Shown piece by piece: positions 34,195 to 46,009 of a DNA stretch of 64,000 bases. Source of the DNA: Diplonema japonicum (Eukaryota; Protista; Euglenozoa: Diplonemea); the NCBI GenBank assembly GCA_964019335.1, contig OZ025674.1, positions 124,001 to 188,000 on the forward strand. Reading direction: 5' to 3'. How positions within the stretch are numbered: position 1 is the stretch's first letter; each line of letters starts with the position of its first letter. Made by a program: the position numbers and the translations under genes. A model generated the notes under the pieces. That model was not told the origin of the DNA, made no database searches, and saw nothing but the letters and a program-made list of their open reading frames with translations.

Positions 34195-36128
34195 TGTTGT
34201 GCCCGATCCTTCGAATTTGGAAGCAAGCAGAGGGAACGGGGAGGGGGTGTGAGGCCTATAGATGTGAAAACCAAAACCCATTTTAGAACCAGATTTTTTG
34301 TCGGGTTTTTTTATTTTTGGTAGTAACATTAGAAGGCTCAATTCGTCCCCCTTACTCTTTTATGCCAAAATGGAGGAAAGAAAAAAAAAAAAAAAGGGGG
34401 GAAAAACAAAAGAGGGTCATGATGACTAAAATTATTATTTAGAGGTGCGCATGGAGGAAGATAAAAAAGAAGTAAAAGCATGTGTCGAACGAAAAAAAAA
34501 AAAAGAAAAAAAAAAAACAAGAAACAAAAAACCCTCGTCTTACTTCCCTTTTAATATTTCGTTTTACAAGCCGCGGCTTACCAGAAAGAAAAAAAGGGGA
34601 GGAGGGAGAGAAACAGGGGCCTACGCTTACAAGTTGAAAAAAAGTTGATAAGAAACCTGCAGCCTCCTCCACCCCTTCTTCTTCTTTTTTTTTTTTTTTT
34701 TTTTTTTTTTTTGTATTTTTTTTTTTCACGACACTGAAAATAGTTCACCACAAATAAAAATTTAACGTGAAAAGTAGTTTTCGGAGGGAGTGAAAATTTA
34801 AAAAAAAAAAAAAAAAGAAATGGTATGGTGCCAGTAGAACAAATAGTTAAAAAAAACTTTTTAAAAAAAAAGGGGGGGGCTTCTCCCCTGAGTTGCTATT
34901 TCTGTCGTGTTACAAATCCTTTTTATTTCTCACTCCCCAAAAAAAAAAGAAAAGAAAGGCAAGCAAACTATGTTTCCCTATTCGAACAAGCAAAAATTTC
35001 CGTCCTTTTTCTGCTTCTCTTTTTTTTTTTTATTTATACCACTTTTTTTTTTCCCCCTTTCCTTTTTCCGGCTGAACTCAGTTTTTCAGATGGATAAAGG
35101 TGTAGTGGAAAAAAAAAAACTCACACTAAATTAAAAATTAAAATTAAAAAAAAAGAATTAGAAGAAAGGGGGGGGGGGGGGGGAAGCCTCCTCCCTGCTG
35201 TTCCACCTTTCTTCTTTTTCCCAAATCTCTTCCGTTCGCTCAACTGGGGGGGGGGTTCTTTTTTTGTTCCTCTCTTTTTTTTTCTTTCTCTGTTCTCTCC
35301 TTCTCATTTCTTCTGCTGTGAATGTTAGGGGGAGGGATTAAAATCTCGGATTTTACGCTACTTTTTCTCTTCCCCTGTCCCATAAAGAATTGAGTTATGT
35401 GGGGAATAGGGGGGAAATAAAAAAGGGAAAAAAAAAAGCAATCACAAGATGACGTTTCACTGGCAGAGAATAATAGACAGGAGAAGAAGTCTTTTAATAG
35501 GGGGAAAAAAAGAGAAGAGAGGGGAAAAAAAAAAAACCCCAAAAGAGCGAATTTGAGATCTAAAAAAAAACAGCAAAAAAAAAAAAAAAAAAAAAAAACA
35601 TTTTTTTTTTGACTATTATCACGAAGGCGGGGGGGGGAAAAAAAAAAGAAAAAGGAAAAAGCAGGAAGCGCAAAATTAAATAGGGAAAATACAGCCATCC
35701 AATGTGCTTCAGCCCCCACCCTGCGCTTCCTGCTCAATTTTTTTTTCGTCCTTTTTCTGTTATCTTGCTTCCAATTTGGTTTGAAGAAAAAAAAAAAAAA
35801 CGAAGAAAAAAACAAAAAAAAAGGGGGAGGCGGGGGTACTTATTTCCTCCGCTTTTCAGCAAAAGTAGGTACAAAAGTGACAACCTTGCGCTCCTAACTT
35901 TCAATCAGGCACGACAACAACGAGAATGGTGGGCATGTGGGGTGGCTGGTACTCATTGCAAAACCCCAGCAGGGCAAAAGTAGTATTTAGACTCACTAAC
36001 CTTCCAAAGATTGTACTTTATTGAAAGTTGGGGGTTGTTGTTGTACTCCCCCCCCCCTCCAAAAAAAAGACAAGAAAAAAAAAGTGGAAAATGCGTTTTG
36101 TAACTGCCACAACCAACAAACACTAACG

Positions 36129-36164
<36 letters not shown>

Positions 36165-37487
36165 GTTGTTTTTTAGTTAAAACTATACCGAAAGGTATGT
36201 TTGGGTAAAGGCGTTTTTGGCAACAGCACAGGAGTGAAAGCACTCAACCGGGTTTGGGTTTATTATGTCCCGTATTTACTTTGCTTTTTTTTTTTTTTTT
36301 TTTCGGATAAAAAATCAAAAAAAAAAATGCTTTTAGACCCTCGGCGGTATAAAGTCCCCAAAATTGGGTATAAAAAAAAAAAAAAGAAAAAAGTAGACAA
36401 TAAATACGGTAAGAACCGCAGAGGTCACAAAATCGGACAACAGGTAAAGCCACAGAACCAGTGAGACTAACGGTGGGAAGAAAAAAAAAAAAAAATGTGA
36501 CTTGATTTTTGTGGGGGCCTGTAGTATGCGACACAGCTCACGGTACATAATAATTCCAATCCCGGTGTCCATGTTATTTCATTTTATTTTCTCTTTTTTT
36601 TTTTTTTGAAAATTCTTCCCCTCCTCGCTCTTTTTTTTTTAAACCTCTAAAGAGGTACAGGAGCGTTCGGGGCGTGTGTTATGACTTTTTAAAAAAGAAA
36701 TTACGACTACAGATGAACGAACGGGTAGGGGGGGGGTTTTTTTCCCCCCCTTCCCGACCCAAAGGGCCAATAAAATGGAAGGGAGAGGGGGGGGGGGGGG
36801 GGGAGGAACTAGTGCATGTCTAACGAAAAATGTAGCAGTCCCCATTTCCCCCCTCCCCTCTTTTCTTGTTGTCTCCAACAAGCAAAAAAAAAAAAAAAAA
36901 GAGAAGCAAGGGGGGGATTTTTTTGTCCCTTTTGAAACAAGCCACACCTTTAGCCAGGTTGTAGTATTTTGTGTGCTTTTTTTTTTTCGCACAGTTTCCC
37001 TGTGATCGATTAGTGTGAAGTTTATGAACAATGAGCCCCAAAACACCATCCTCCTTTCCCCCCCTTTTTTTTGGAAACGATGTTGATTGGACCTACTATG
37101 AGACCCTACACAAGGAAGTTCGACGGACACTTTCCCCCTCCCCCCTTTTTTTTTTGAAATTCACGTTCGAAGGACTTGTTTTTCCCCAACTAGGGCATCT
37201 CTTTTTCTCTCTCTCTTTCTCTCTCCATCCCTCCCCTTTTTACTTTATGTTTTTTTTTTTTTTTATTTTCTTTTTTGGACCAAGTGATAGGTCTAATATA
37301 CTAACGTTAAGATCTCTATTTAAGAGCTTAATTTTTTTTTTATTTTTATTTTTTATTTTTTTTTTTATTCGTACTACCTTCAACATGGTTTCAAAAAAAG
37401 TTTTTTTTTTTTTTAAAAATTTTCTATTAGGATCATCGTAACTTTCTTTTGTAAAGCCGGAAATGTGGGGGAAAGAAAAATACATGA

Positions 37488-37661
37488 TTTTTTTTTTTTT
37501 TAAGGTGGTGGGGAATACATGGAAATATAAAGAAGTACATCAGATGTGTTGTTCGCTGTTGACCTCCTCGTCGGTCATCACCGGTAGCGCCCAGTGGAAT
37601 AACGTATTGCAGATGCTCAGGGTGGCGACTTGACGCCGCTTAATGTTGCAATCAAAGCCCC
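37488..37661 (-). mobile_element. 5'-truncated poly(A)-tailed retroposon relic, copy 2
   Basis: Minus strand reads KRRQVATLSICNTLFHWALPVMTDEEVNSEQHI*, then a ~38-nt UTR and an A-tail; shares ATGTGTTGTTCGCTGTTGACCTCC and CCGGTAGCGCCC with copy 1. Confidence 0.55.
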
Positions 37662-39629
37662 ATCTTTTTTTTTTGAAGTAGAATTAGAGATACTTCAATG
37701 GGGCCGTGGGTAAAAAGATTTCAGCAAAACCTTTCTGGCCGCTACTTATGACAGTTTCTGTTGTAGGGGGGAAAAAAAGGGTTAGGCGGATCGGGCGGAC
37801 AGAAGTAGCTTGTCCACCTACTCCGTCTAATTCTTTTTTCTTTTTTTTTTTTTTTTTGATGGCGAACGTTCCCCCCCCTTTTTTTTGGTAAAGTACTATT
37901 TTTTTTTTGACCCTTGCTTTGCACAGTGCAGAAAGTGACCAACTTAAAAAAAAAAAAAAAAAAAAAAGACTTTCAGATTTTGCAACCTACCCACAATGCA
38001 GCTAATTTTGTTGCACTTTCTGCAAACGTGCGTGTGGGCCGATTTTGTACTTTGCCCACCGTGAAATATACGACTTGCATAACCCAAGAATGACTTTTTA
38101 CCATCCTTTGTGGGTCACCCTAATTTAACTGCCGAGGAACCTGGTGGTGGAAATGGGGCACTCTGGAGGAACAATGGAGTCATTACTTGTTTTAAAAAAA
38201 AAAAAAAAAAAGAAAATATATTATAATAAAAAAAAAAACGACAAAAAAAAAAAAAAAAAAAAAAAGCATAGTTATCAATTCTTAATTATTCTAGGGAGGG
38301 AGAGGGGTATTAACCTTAAAATACGTCCTCTTTTTTTGCCACCTTTTTTTTTTCTTGTGTGTTGACAACAGTATATTGTCAGTACTGAAAAAACAAAACA
38401 AAAAAAAAAACAAAAAAAAAATTTCACCTGGCAGCGGTTAGTTGATTTTATACAAGAGACCATTGCTACGCTGCCTGCTGCAGCTTTGAAACACTTTAGC
38501 TCGCAAACAGATGACAAAGCGCTGGATTTTTTTTTCTTTCTCTTTTTTTTTTCCCCTTACACCTTCAAGTGTGGCAGCAACGGACAAGCGGGTTGCGGGT
38601 TTCTAGTACCTTGGGTGAGTACTAGGCCACTCGTTCCCCCTTCCTTCCCCTCTCCCCCCACCTAACTTCTTTATTTTTCCGCACAATTCGTCCCTGCGAA
38701 AAAAATGGTTACGGCGGTCATTCTGAGTGTACAAGAGAAGACAAGGGTTGTTGTTAGTTCTTACACTTACGATGGGGGGAGGGGAAAAAGAGCGGGGGGG
38801 GGGGGGGGGGGGGGAACAGTTGTTGCTTTGCCACGTGGGGAAAAGTTTTTGTTGTTGATTTTTTTTTTCCCCTCTTTTTTTTTGTCTTGATGTTCTCTAA
38901 TCTGTACACACCTTATCTTGTCTTGTAGGAGGAAGAAAAAAAAAATGGTTATAACAAATTGTTTCGTGAACAAAAAGAACAGCCCCGTTCGCTTCTTATT
39001 ATTATTGTTATGAACCTTTAGCAAAGTCCTCCTTTTTTCTTTTTCTTTCTTTTCTCTTTTCATGTGATACCAAAGTACTTCGCCTTCTGGTACTCACGTG
39101 TGGGGAGGGGGAAAAAAAGATTCCTTTAAAAAAATTCATTAAATTCTCCTCTTTGTTACTTGAGTGTTTTTTGGTTTCCCTTTTCCCCTCTTTTTTTCTC
39201 TGTTGATTTCTGAGCTAGAAAAGGGTCTTGTTATGCATATTAAGCAGACCTTTTTTTTCCTCTTGCAAAATCAGGGCAAAGAAAACAGTAACTTTCTGTT
39301 GAGAAAACCCCTGAAAAAAAAAAAAAAAAAAAAAAAAAAACGAAAAAAAAAAAAACCTTAGTAATTGCAGGATCACAGAGTTCCTTTCCTTTCCTTTCCT
39401 TCCTTTCCTTTGAACAAAAAAAAAATCCCCAGAAAAAAAAAAAAAGAAAAAAAAAACACACAAAGGTACTGGACTACTTTCCTGGCGAGGGTTCCTTTTT
39501 CTCACCCTTTTTTAATCTCTTTAATCTGCTGTTCTTAGTCCGTAACGTGCTATTGGGTTTTTTTCTTTTTTCTTTTTTTTTTTTTTTAAATTTTCTTCTT
39601 CCCGGCGGAAGGGGGAAGAAGATTGAAGG

Positions 39630-39665
<36 letters not shown>

Positions 39666-39988
39666 CAAAAAAAAAACCATTAAGAAATTAAAGAAAAGAA
39701 GTATTAAAAAGAAAAATTGCGAAAAGAAAAAGAGAAGAAGAAAAAAAAAAACCTTACCATCCCCCATTCTTTCCTTCCCTATTCTCACACCCTCTTCCCC
39801 TCCCCCAACTAATCTCTTTAATCCTTTCTACGTCTTCTCACCCCCACCCCTCCTTTTTCTTCTATATTTTCCTCTCTTCTGATTTTTTTTCTTTTATCTT
39901 ACTTTTTTTTTTAAAAAAAATATAAATTTGCACAATTTATACAAAAAGAAAAAAAAAAGGAGGGGGTGGGGAGGGAAGGGGGGAAATA

Positions 39989-41587
39989 ATGAACCCTATA
40001 GATGAACTGAACATGAAATTGGGTATTGGCCCAAAACGTCCAGCTCTCCCCCCGGAGCTTGTTAAAAAAGGTTACAAGAGCATCCGACAGGTCGGGAAAG
40101 GTGCTTTTGGCTCGGCAAACCTTGTTTTCAACGAGCAATCAAAACAATACAGCGTCGTCAAGGAAGTGGCCCTGGCAGGGATGAGCGAAAAGGCGAGAGA
40201 CGAATCCATGAAAGAGGTGGACATTCTGAGCGGTTTGATACACCCTAACATAGTGGAGTATCAGGAATGTCTCGAAATGAAGAATGTGCTGTTCATCATA
40301 ATGGAATTCTGCGACGGGGGCGACCTTGGTACGAAGATACGAACAAAAAAAACTACCGCAACGACATTCCGCGAACCGGAAGCTGCAAGGATATTCTCGC
40401 AAATCGCATTGGCAATGAAGTACCTGCACGACAGAAGAATCCTTCACCGCGACTTAAAACCGCAAAACATCTTTTTAACCAAAGCCGGCGTCGTTAAGCT
40501 TGGCGATTTCGGGATAGCAACGATCCTTCAAAACTCCCTCACCATGGCCAAAACAATTTGCGGGACCCCATACTATTTTTCCCCCGAGCTTTGCAAAGGC
40601 AACGCTTACAACAACAAGTCCGACATCTGGGCCCTCGGTTGCATTCTCCATGAAATTCTCTCCCTTGAGGTCCCCTTCCAAGGCCCTATTTTCTCCGACT
40701 TAATGAAACGCATTGTGGAATCCCCCACACCGCAAATTCCAAGAATCGACGGGGAGTGGAACAGGTTGATATCGACAATGCTGAAAAAAGACTATAAAGA
40801 AAGACCGGCCATTAATGATGTCCTCCAAGATGGGTTTCTCCGGTCGCAATTTGCTCAATTAGAAGCAGCGTTTAACAAGCAAGCCGACGAGCTGAGAACG
40901 GAACAGAAGTCACCGATGGCAGGGAGGAGGAAGTCTTCAGCGCCTTCACGCCCGCCTTTGTACGTCGATACTGAGAAAGGAAACAGTCCAAAGGCTGGTC
41001 CAATGTTCGGCAGGAGGTCACCAAGATCATCACTCCAGCAACAAGACGATCTCAGACAGGCTGTTGAAGGGCTTGACATGGTCATCAACGGTGTTGGGAA
41101 AAAAAAAGAACAACCTGTACCATCCACAGCGGACGAGGTCCTTCCGGAACAACCTGTCGACGTGGTGAGGCTGCAGAAAGAGTTCAAAGCTGTCGCGGAT
41201 CTATGCAAAAAAACTCTTACAGTCGAACCTAAAAAAGAAGAGACGCCTGAACAAAAGAACTGGGGGGACTCCTGGACCGCAGATGTCGATCTCACTTCAG
41301 AGGAACACGCTGCGTTGTTTAATGCGGACTTTTCTAAGGCGGACCCCTCTGAGCTTGGTAAGCCGCCACCGTTGGAAGCTACTTCCCCTGATGTGCAGCT
41401 TGCAGCGGCACAGGCGTTGATCCAAACGCTCAGATCGGATTTGGACGCAGAGAAGACGCGCAACACAACACTCCAGACAACAGCAGACGAGCAGCGAGAG
41501 AGGATCCTTGAGCTCACACAGCAAACTCTAATGCTGAAGAGGTCCCTGAAAACTGCACAGGAAGAGGTTAAATCGTTGAAAGCGTGA
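39989..41587 (+). CDS. NIMA-related (NEK) Ser/Thr kinase with C-terminal coiled coil
   Basis: GKGAFG, VVKEV, HRDLKPQNIFL, DFG, GTPYYFSPE, YNNKSDIWALG. Confidence 0.95.
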   Translation: MNPIDELNMKLGIGPKRPALPPELVKKGYKSIRQVGKGAFGSANLVFNEQSKQYSVVKEVALAGMSEKARDESMKEVDILSGLIHPNIVEYQECLEMKNVLFIIMEFCDGGDLGTKIRTKKTTATTFREPEAARIFSQIALAMKYLHDRRILHRDLKPQNIFLTKAGVVKLGDFGIATILQNSLTMAKTICGTPYYFSPELCKGNAYNNKSDIWALGCILHEILSLEVPFQGPIFSDLMKRIVESPTPQIPRIDGEWNRLISTMLKKDYKERPAINDVLQDGFLRSQFAQLEAAFNKQADELRTEQKSPMAGRRKSSAPSRPPLYVDTEKGNSPKAGPMFGRRSPRSSLQQQDDLRQAVEGLDMVINGVGKKKEQPVPSTADEVLPEQPVDVVRLQKEFKAVADLCKKTLTVEPKKEETPEQKNWGDSWTADVDLTSEEHAALFNADFSKADPSELGKPPPLEATSPDVQLAAAQALIQTLRSDLDAEKTRNTTLQTTADEQRERILELTQQTLMLKRSLKTAQEEVKSLKA

Positions 41588-41946
41588 AAGGGGGGGGGTA
41601 ATTTCTTTTTGTACATTAGCCACATTTTCTTTTTCTTATCCCCCCTTTCTCCATTTCTATTTTTTTTCTTTCCCGGGAGGAGGCAATATATATGTTTTAA
41701 CATAGTTGTTAACTCTTTTTTAAAATACTTGTCGCCCCGTTAACCTTGCTTATACCAAGCTTCCTCTTGTGGGTGGCAGTTAACGGTGCAATTAATGGGG
41801 GGGGGGGGGGGGGGGGCAACTCATCTTCGTTTAAATCTGCTTTATTTTTTTTTCTTCCGAAAAAAAAAAGTTTTATTTCATTTTGTTGTTCAGTTCCCTC
41901 CCCTCCTTACTGTTCTTTAAGAGAGGTCGGGCGACAAGGGGGGGTG

Positions 41947-42483
41947 ATGACGGAAAACGATGGAAGTGCAAATATCATGGGCAACATGACTGTCTTTGTT
42001 GGCAACATCACATCTCCTACCGAATGGAATGCTGACACAAGCAACCTGGACGTCATTACAGTTTTGATATCCATTGCTGCAACTCTGGTAGCGGTGCTCT
42101 TGGCATGCTATTGTTGCACGAAACAAGAGAAAAGGGCAAATCGCGCAGAGAAGAAAAGCGTTTCTGCCATGAAAAGGCGGGCAAGCATCCTGGAGAGGGA
42201 AAAAGAAAGGGAAAAAGAGAAGGAAGGAGACATAGAGGCACCGCCAACAAGCCCTCCAATCGTGCCCCAAAAGAAAAAATATTCCCTCCCCGACAACCCC
42301 GTCATCGAGAGGAGGACCCCTCCCCCTCTTGACATACCCCCCACCTCTATCGGAGAAGAGCTTCGCCTCGACCCAGAAGACGGGCATTATTACAATCACA
42401 AATCGTTCATAGAGACCTATGACGATGGGGCGGCACGGTGGGAGGCAGTGCAGCACACTGCTATCTACGACAAGGTACCTTAG
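41947..42483 (+). CDS. Single-TM protein with juxtamembrane Cys cluster and a C-terminal RLDPEDG-Y-F-Y-W motif
   Basis: TM VITVLISIAATLVAVLLACYCC; ELRLDPEDGHYYNHKSFIETYDDGAARWEA. Confidence 0.75.
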   Translation: MTENDGSANIMGNMTVFVGNITSPTEWNADTSNLDVITVLISIAATLVAVLLACYCCTKQEKRANRAEKKSVSAMKRRASILEREKEREKEKEGDIEAPPTSPPIVPQKKKYSLPDNPVIERRTPPPLDIPPTSIGEELRLDPEDGHYYNHKSFIETYDDGAARWEAVQHTAIYDKVP

Positions 42484-42833
42484 CGGTGAAGAAAGGTTTA
42501 TTATAAGTTAAGAATTTTGTTTCCCCCCCCCCCTTTTCAGAGAAAAAAGAAAAGGTGTGACCCCCCTCCCCCTGCCGCCGCGGAAGTAAGTCCTTTACAC
42601 GGCACAGATTATACAAGCTTATTATCAATTTTAGGGAGGAGAAAACAGAGGGGGGGGGGGGGGGGGGGGAGACAACTCATTACAAATCCTGTTTACACTG
42701 AGATTTCTTTTTTCTCTTCCCCCCCCCCTCTATTGCCGTTGTTAACCCGTTGTGACAGGGGGGAGGGGGGAGAAAAAAAGAGACAGGACGATAAAAATAT
42801 TAAAAAAAAGACAATAAAGAAATATATAAATCG

Positions 42834-43100
42834 ATGCGTGTCCTGAAGTTCTTCCTCCTCCTCTCCCTCTGGGTTGTCTCTGCCCTCTCCCAAGACTGCG
42901 GACGCGTGTGCACGCATGACCTCGACTGCAGTTCGACAGGAGACGGCACCTGTGGCATGTGTGCAGACAAAGTTTGCAAGTCCTCCTGTGGTGGTGCCTG
43001 TGTGCACGACGAGCAATGCGGGCACACATGCGGGACCTGCAACCCCTCCGACAAGGTCTGCATAAAGACCGCACCGCACAACGCTACTAAGAAAGGATAG
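42834..43100 (+). CDS. Secreted Cys-rich protein, 2 knottin-like modules
   Basis: Signal peptide followed by 2x C-x3-C-x5-C-xn-C-x2-C-xn-C. Confidence 0.85.
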   Translation: MRVLKFFLLLSLWVVSALSQDCGRVCTHDLDCSSTGDGTCGMCADKVCKSSCGGACVHDEQCGHTCGTCNPSDKVCIKTAPHNATKKG

Positions 43101-43227
43101 AAGACAAAAAAAAAAAGAAAAAAAAAAGATCTTTCCAGTTCTTTTTGTGTACACCTATTTCAGATTTATTTTCTTCTTTTTTTACTTTTTGTACCCCATC
43201 CATTCTATCCTCCCCACAGGTCCCTAT

Positions 43228-44334
43228 ATGTACGGGCGTCTTGCGCTTTTGCTGCTCCTGTTATCAAGCAGTGAAGGTAGTACATGTGGCAAGCCATGCG
43301 CCGTGGACGCAACGTGTGCCGGGGATGAGGAGTGCTTCCAATGCATCAAGCAAGGCGGGGAAGGGTTCTGTGGGGACGGGTGCGGCATGTACTGTGAACG
43401 CGATGCGCACTGCTTGACAGCAGCCTGCCCTGTCTGCAAGGGGAACATGTGCAGCAAACCCGACCTGCCCACACCCGCACCGACAAGAGGGAACCTTACG
43501 TGTGGTGATGTGTGCAGCACAGACCTGGAATGCTCCCTTGGAGAGTGCAACCAATGCGTGATATCCATAAACAGCAGTACCGGCCACTGTGGGGCTGGGT
43601 GCGGGATGAACTGCACCACCAACGCACACTGTGAGAACACTGCTTGTCCTTACTGCGACACATATCTGCACACGTGTCAAAAAGGAACGAAGCCGCCCTC
43701 GCCCCCCACCCCGCCAGGCCCCTCTGTGTGTGGGCTACAGTGTGTAGTTGACTCGGAATGTGGTGGGGAGTGCTTCCAGTGTATAAAACCAAACCCGAGC
43801 TCTATCGGTGCATGTGGCGACGGGTGTGGCATCAAATGCAGCAATGACACGCACTGCCTGAACCCTGTGTGTCCTGTGTGCAGCAACGAAACGGGTTTTT
43901 GCGTGGAAAGCAACGCCACCACGCCTGTTCCTACATCGGGGCATCTTACGTGCAACCAAGCGTGCAGCACTGATGGGGATTGCGACCCGAAATCTTATTG
44001 CAACAAGTGTGTCATCTTAGACCATAAAACAGAAGGTGTCTGCGGGGTGTCTTGTGGGCAGTTCTGCTCTGAAGACCGCCAGTGCGTCGACCCGCGGTGT
44101 GCTGTGTGCGACCGGAGTAGTAAGACATGCGAGGCTCCAGTCCCTCCACCTCCTTCCTCGAAATGTGACCAGCGCTGCACTGTGAATACCGACTGCACAG
44201 GTGCCTGCAAGCTATGCATGGCAGGTTACTGCAAACAGGGCTGTCACCAACCTTGCTTTACCAATATTGACTGTGGGGACCCTGGTTGTAATATTTGCAA
44301 CCCCGTCTCACGCACTTGTGCCATCCCTCCTTAG
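43228..44334 (+). CDS. Secreted Cys-rich protein, 10 knottin-like modules in 5 pairs with Pro/Thr linkers
   Basis: Signal peptide MYGRLALLLLLLSSSEG; same 6-Cys module as the neighbouring gene. Confidence 0.88.
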   Translation: MYGRLALLLLLLSSSEGSTCGKPCAVDATCAGDEECFQCIKQGGEGFCGDGCGMYCERDAHCLTAACPVCKGNMCSKPDLPTPAPTRGNLTCGDVCSTDLECSLGECNQCVISINSSTGHCGAGCGMNCTTNAHCENTACPYCDTYLHTCQKGTKPPSPPTPPGPSVCGLQCVVDSECGGECFQCIKPNPSSIGACGDGCGIKCSNDTHCLNPVCPVCSNETGFCVESNATTPVPTSGHLTCNQACSTDGDCDPKSYCNKCVILDHKTEGVCGVSCGQFCSEDRQCVDPRCAVCDRSSKTCEAPVPPPPSSKCDQRCTVNTDCTGACKLCMAGYCKQGCHQPCFTNIDCGDPGCNICNPVSRTCAIPP

Positions 44335-44768
44335 CAGGCAGGGGGCTTTGCCACTTTTCTCCCGTTCCGTCCCACCCCGCCCCCCCCCCTTTTTTTTCCG
44401 TAGTCTTCGCTCAGAAAGAAAAGAAGAAAGAGAATTTTTCTTTCCCCCACTTATACGGGGATTTAAGTTGTGCGTAGGGATGCCCATGCCCATACTTCAC
44501 GCTATTTCCTTTTCTAGGCTTTATTGACTTAAAGACAACAGCGAAACGCGCAGCACCTTTCTTTTTTGTTTCTTTTTTTTTTTTTTTTCTTTTGTTACCC
44601 AACGCACGTTGTGAAGGTGCTCGCCAATAAATAAGTAAAAAAAAAAAACACGTACCCTTTCTTCTATTTTCGTATGTTTTCTCAAAATGCCCCGCGTTTA
44701 ATTAAAAAAAAAAATACTTCTTACTTTTTTTTTTTTTTTACAGCGCACGAAAAAAAAAAAAAAAAAAG

Positions 44769-45506
44769 ATGAAGACGTTCGTCATAGCGGCCAGCATGCT
44801 GCTCACCGTAGCGGCGCAGCAGAACAACACACAGCACGCTTGTTGGAAGAAGTCGCACCCGAGGGGTGTTGGGAAGCCATTAGATGCATGCGCCCCTGGG
44901 CTTGTAAAGGACGCAGCGCTGTGCTATGTACCCTGCCAGGCAAACTACACTGGTGACGGTCCTGTGTGCTGGGAGAACTGCCCGCCCGGGTGGCACAACA
45001 CTGGTGCGACGTGCATGATCCCCGAGAAGATCATCTCTGCGAACAACACCGCGTGCCCTTGGTACGACGAGTGCGGGCTGACCTTCGCGAAGGGGTGCTC
45101 GACCTGCCCTCCCAACGAAGGGTACCACAACGACGGCTGCACTTGTCGTAGACCTATGAAGTCGTTTGCAAAGAAGTCCTACGGCCGTGGTGTTGGGAAG
45201 CCCATGGTGTGCAAACCTGATGAACAGGAACAAGGCGCTCTGTGCTACAAGCTGTGCCCTAACGGATCCATCGGCGACGGCCCGGTGTGTTGGGACCCTT
45301 GTCCTGCTACCAACCCTGTCCACTGTGCTGGCACCATGTGCGGCGTTCCAGGGTTCGACTGCTCTGAGGAGGTGAAGAACGACCTGGGCGACCTTCTGAA
45401 GGACATTGTCGCGTGCAGCACGCCCGACAACCTGAAGGCGTGTCTCGATGACATCGCTAAGACGGCAAAGACCTTCGCCATGGACGGCATCTGCCCGGGG
45501 CCGTGA
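44769..45506 (+). CDS. Secreted Cys-rich protein with two RGVGKP...ALCY..C...GDGPVCW..CP repeats
   Basis: Signal peptide; internal duplication visible in the protein sequence. Confidence 0.88.
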   Translation: MKTFVIAASMLLTVAAQQNNTQHACWKKSHPRGVGKPLDACAPGLVKDAALCYVPCQANYTGDGPVCWENCPPGWHNTGATCMIPEKIISANNTACPWYDECGLTFAKGCSTCPPNEGYHNDGCTCRRPMKSFAKKSYGRGVGKPMVCKPDEQEQGALCYKLCPNGSIGDGPVCWDPCPATNPVHCAGTMCGVPGFDCSEEVKNDLGDLLKDIVACSTPDNLKACLDDIAKTAKTFAMDGICPGP

Positions 45507-45713
45507 GCTACCCTCCCCCTCCCTTATACATGGTGATGATACGCAGTGATGAGAAACGAGAAGGCGCACCTGTTTCATAAATATGCCATTCCCCTGTCCG
45601 GTATCATGTTTAGTGAATTTTCAAAGGAAAGGGGAGGAAAATAAATTCTCTCCCCTTTTTATTTTTTCAACTCAGCAATATTCCATACATGCTTTCAGTG
45701 CTGCGCGTATCAG

Positions 45714-45744
<31 letters not shown>

Positions 45745-46009
45745 ACACCTGAAGGCTATGTTGCGATATCCAAAACTTTTATTCCTTTTTTTTTTTATTG
45801 TGCGTGAAAACGGGGGGGCAGAGGTTGGTCCCAGGAGGGTCAACCCACCTCACTTTTTACATTCTTTTTTTCCCTCCCTCTTTCTTTCTTCTTCTTCTTT
45901 TTTTTTTTTTCCCCGTGTAAAAGCGTCTCCGAGTGTGGTTTGTCTCGATCTTTTTTTTCTTTCTTTCCCCCCTCTTTCCAGTTGCTATTTTGTACACACA
46001 AGGAGGATC

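Noticed and set aside
34820-36464. ATG|GTATGG at ~34820, and GTAT..AG segments at ~36195 and ~36368, as hidden spliced genes
   Set aside because: The splice combinations I tried hit stops within a few codons or lacked a start
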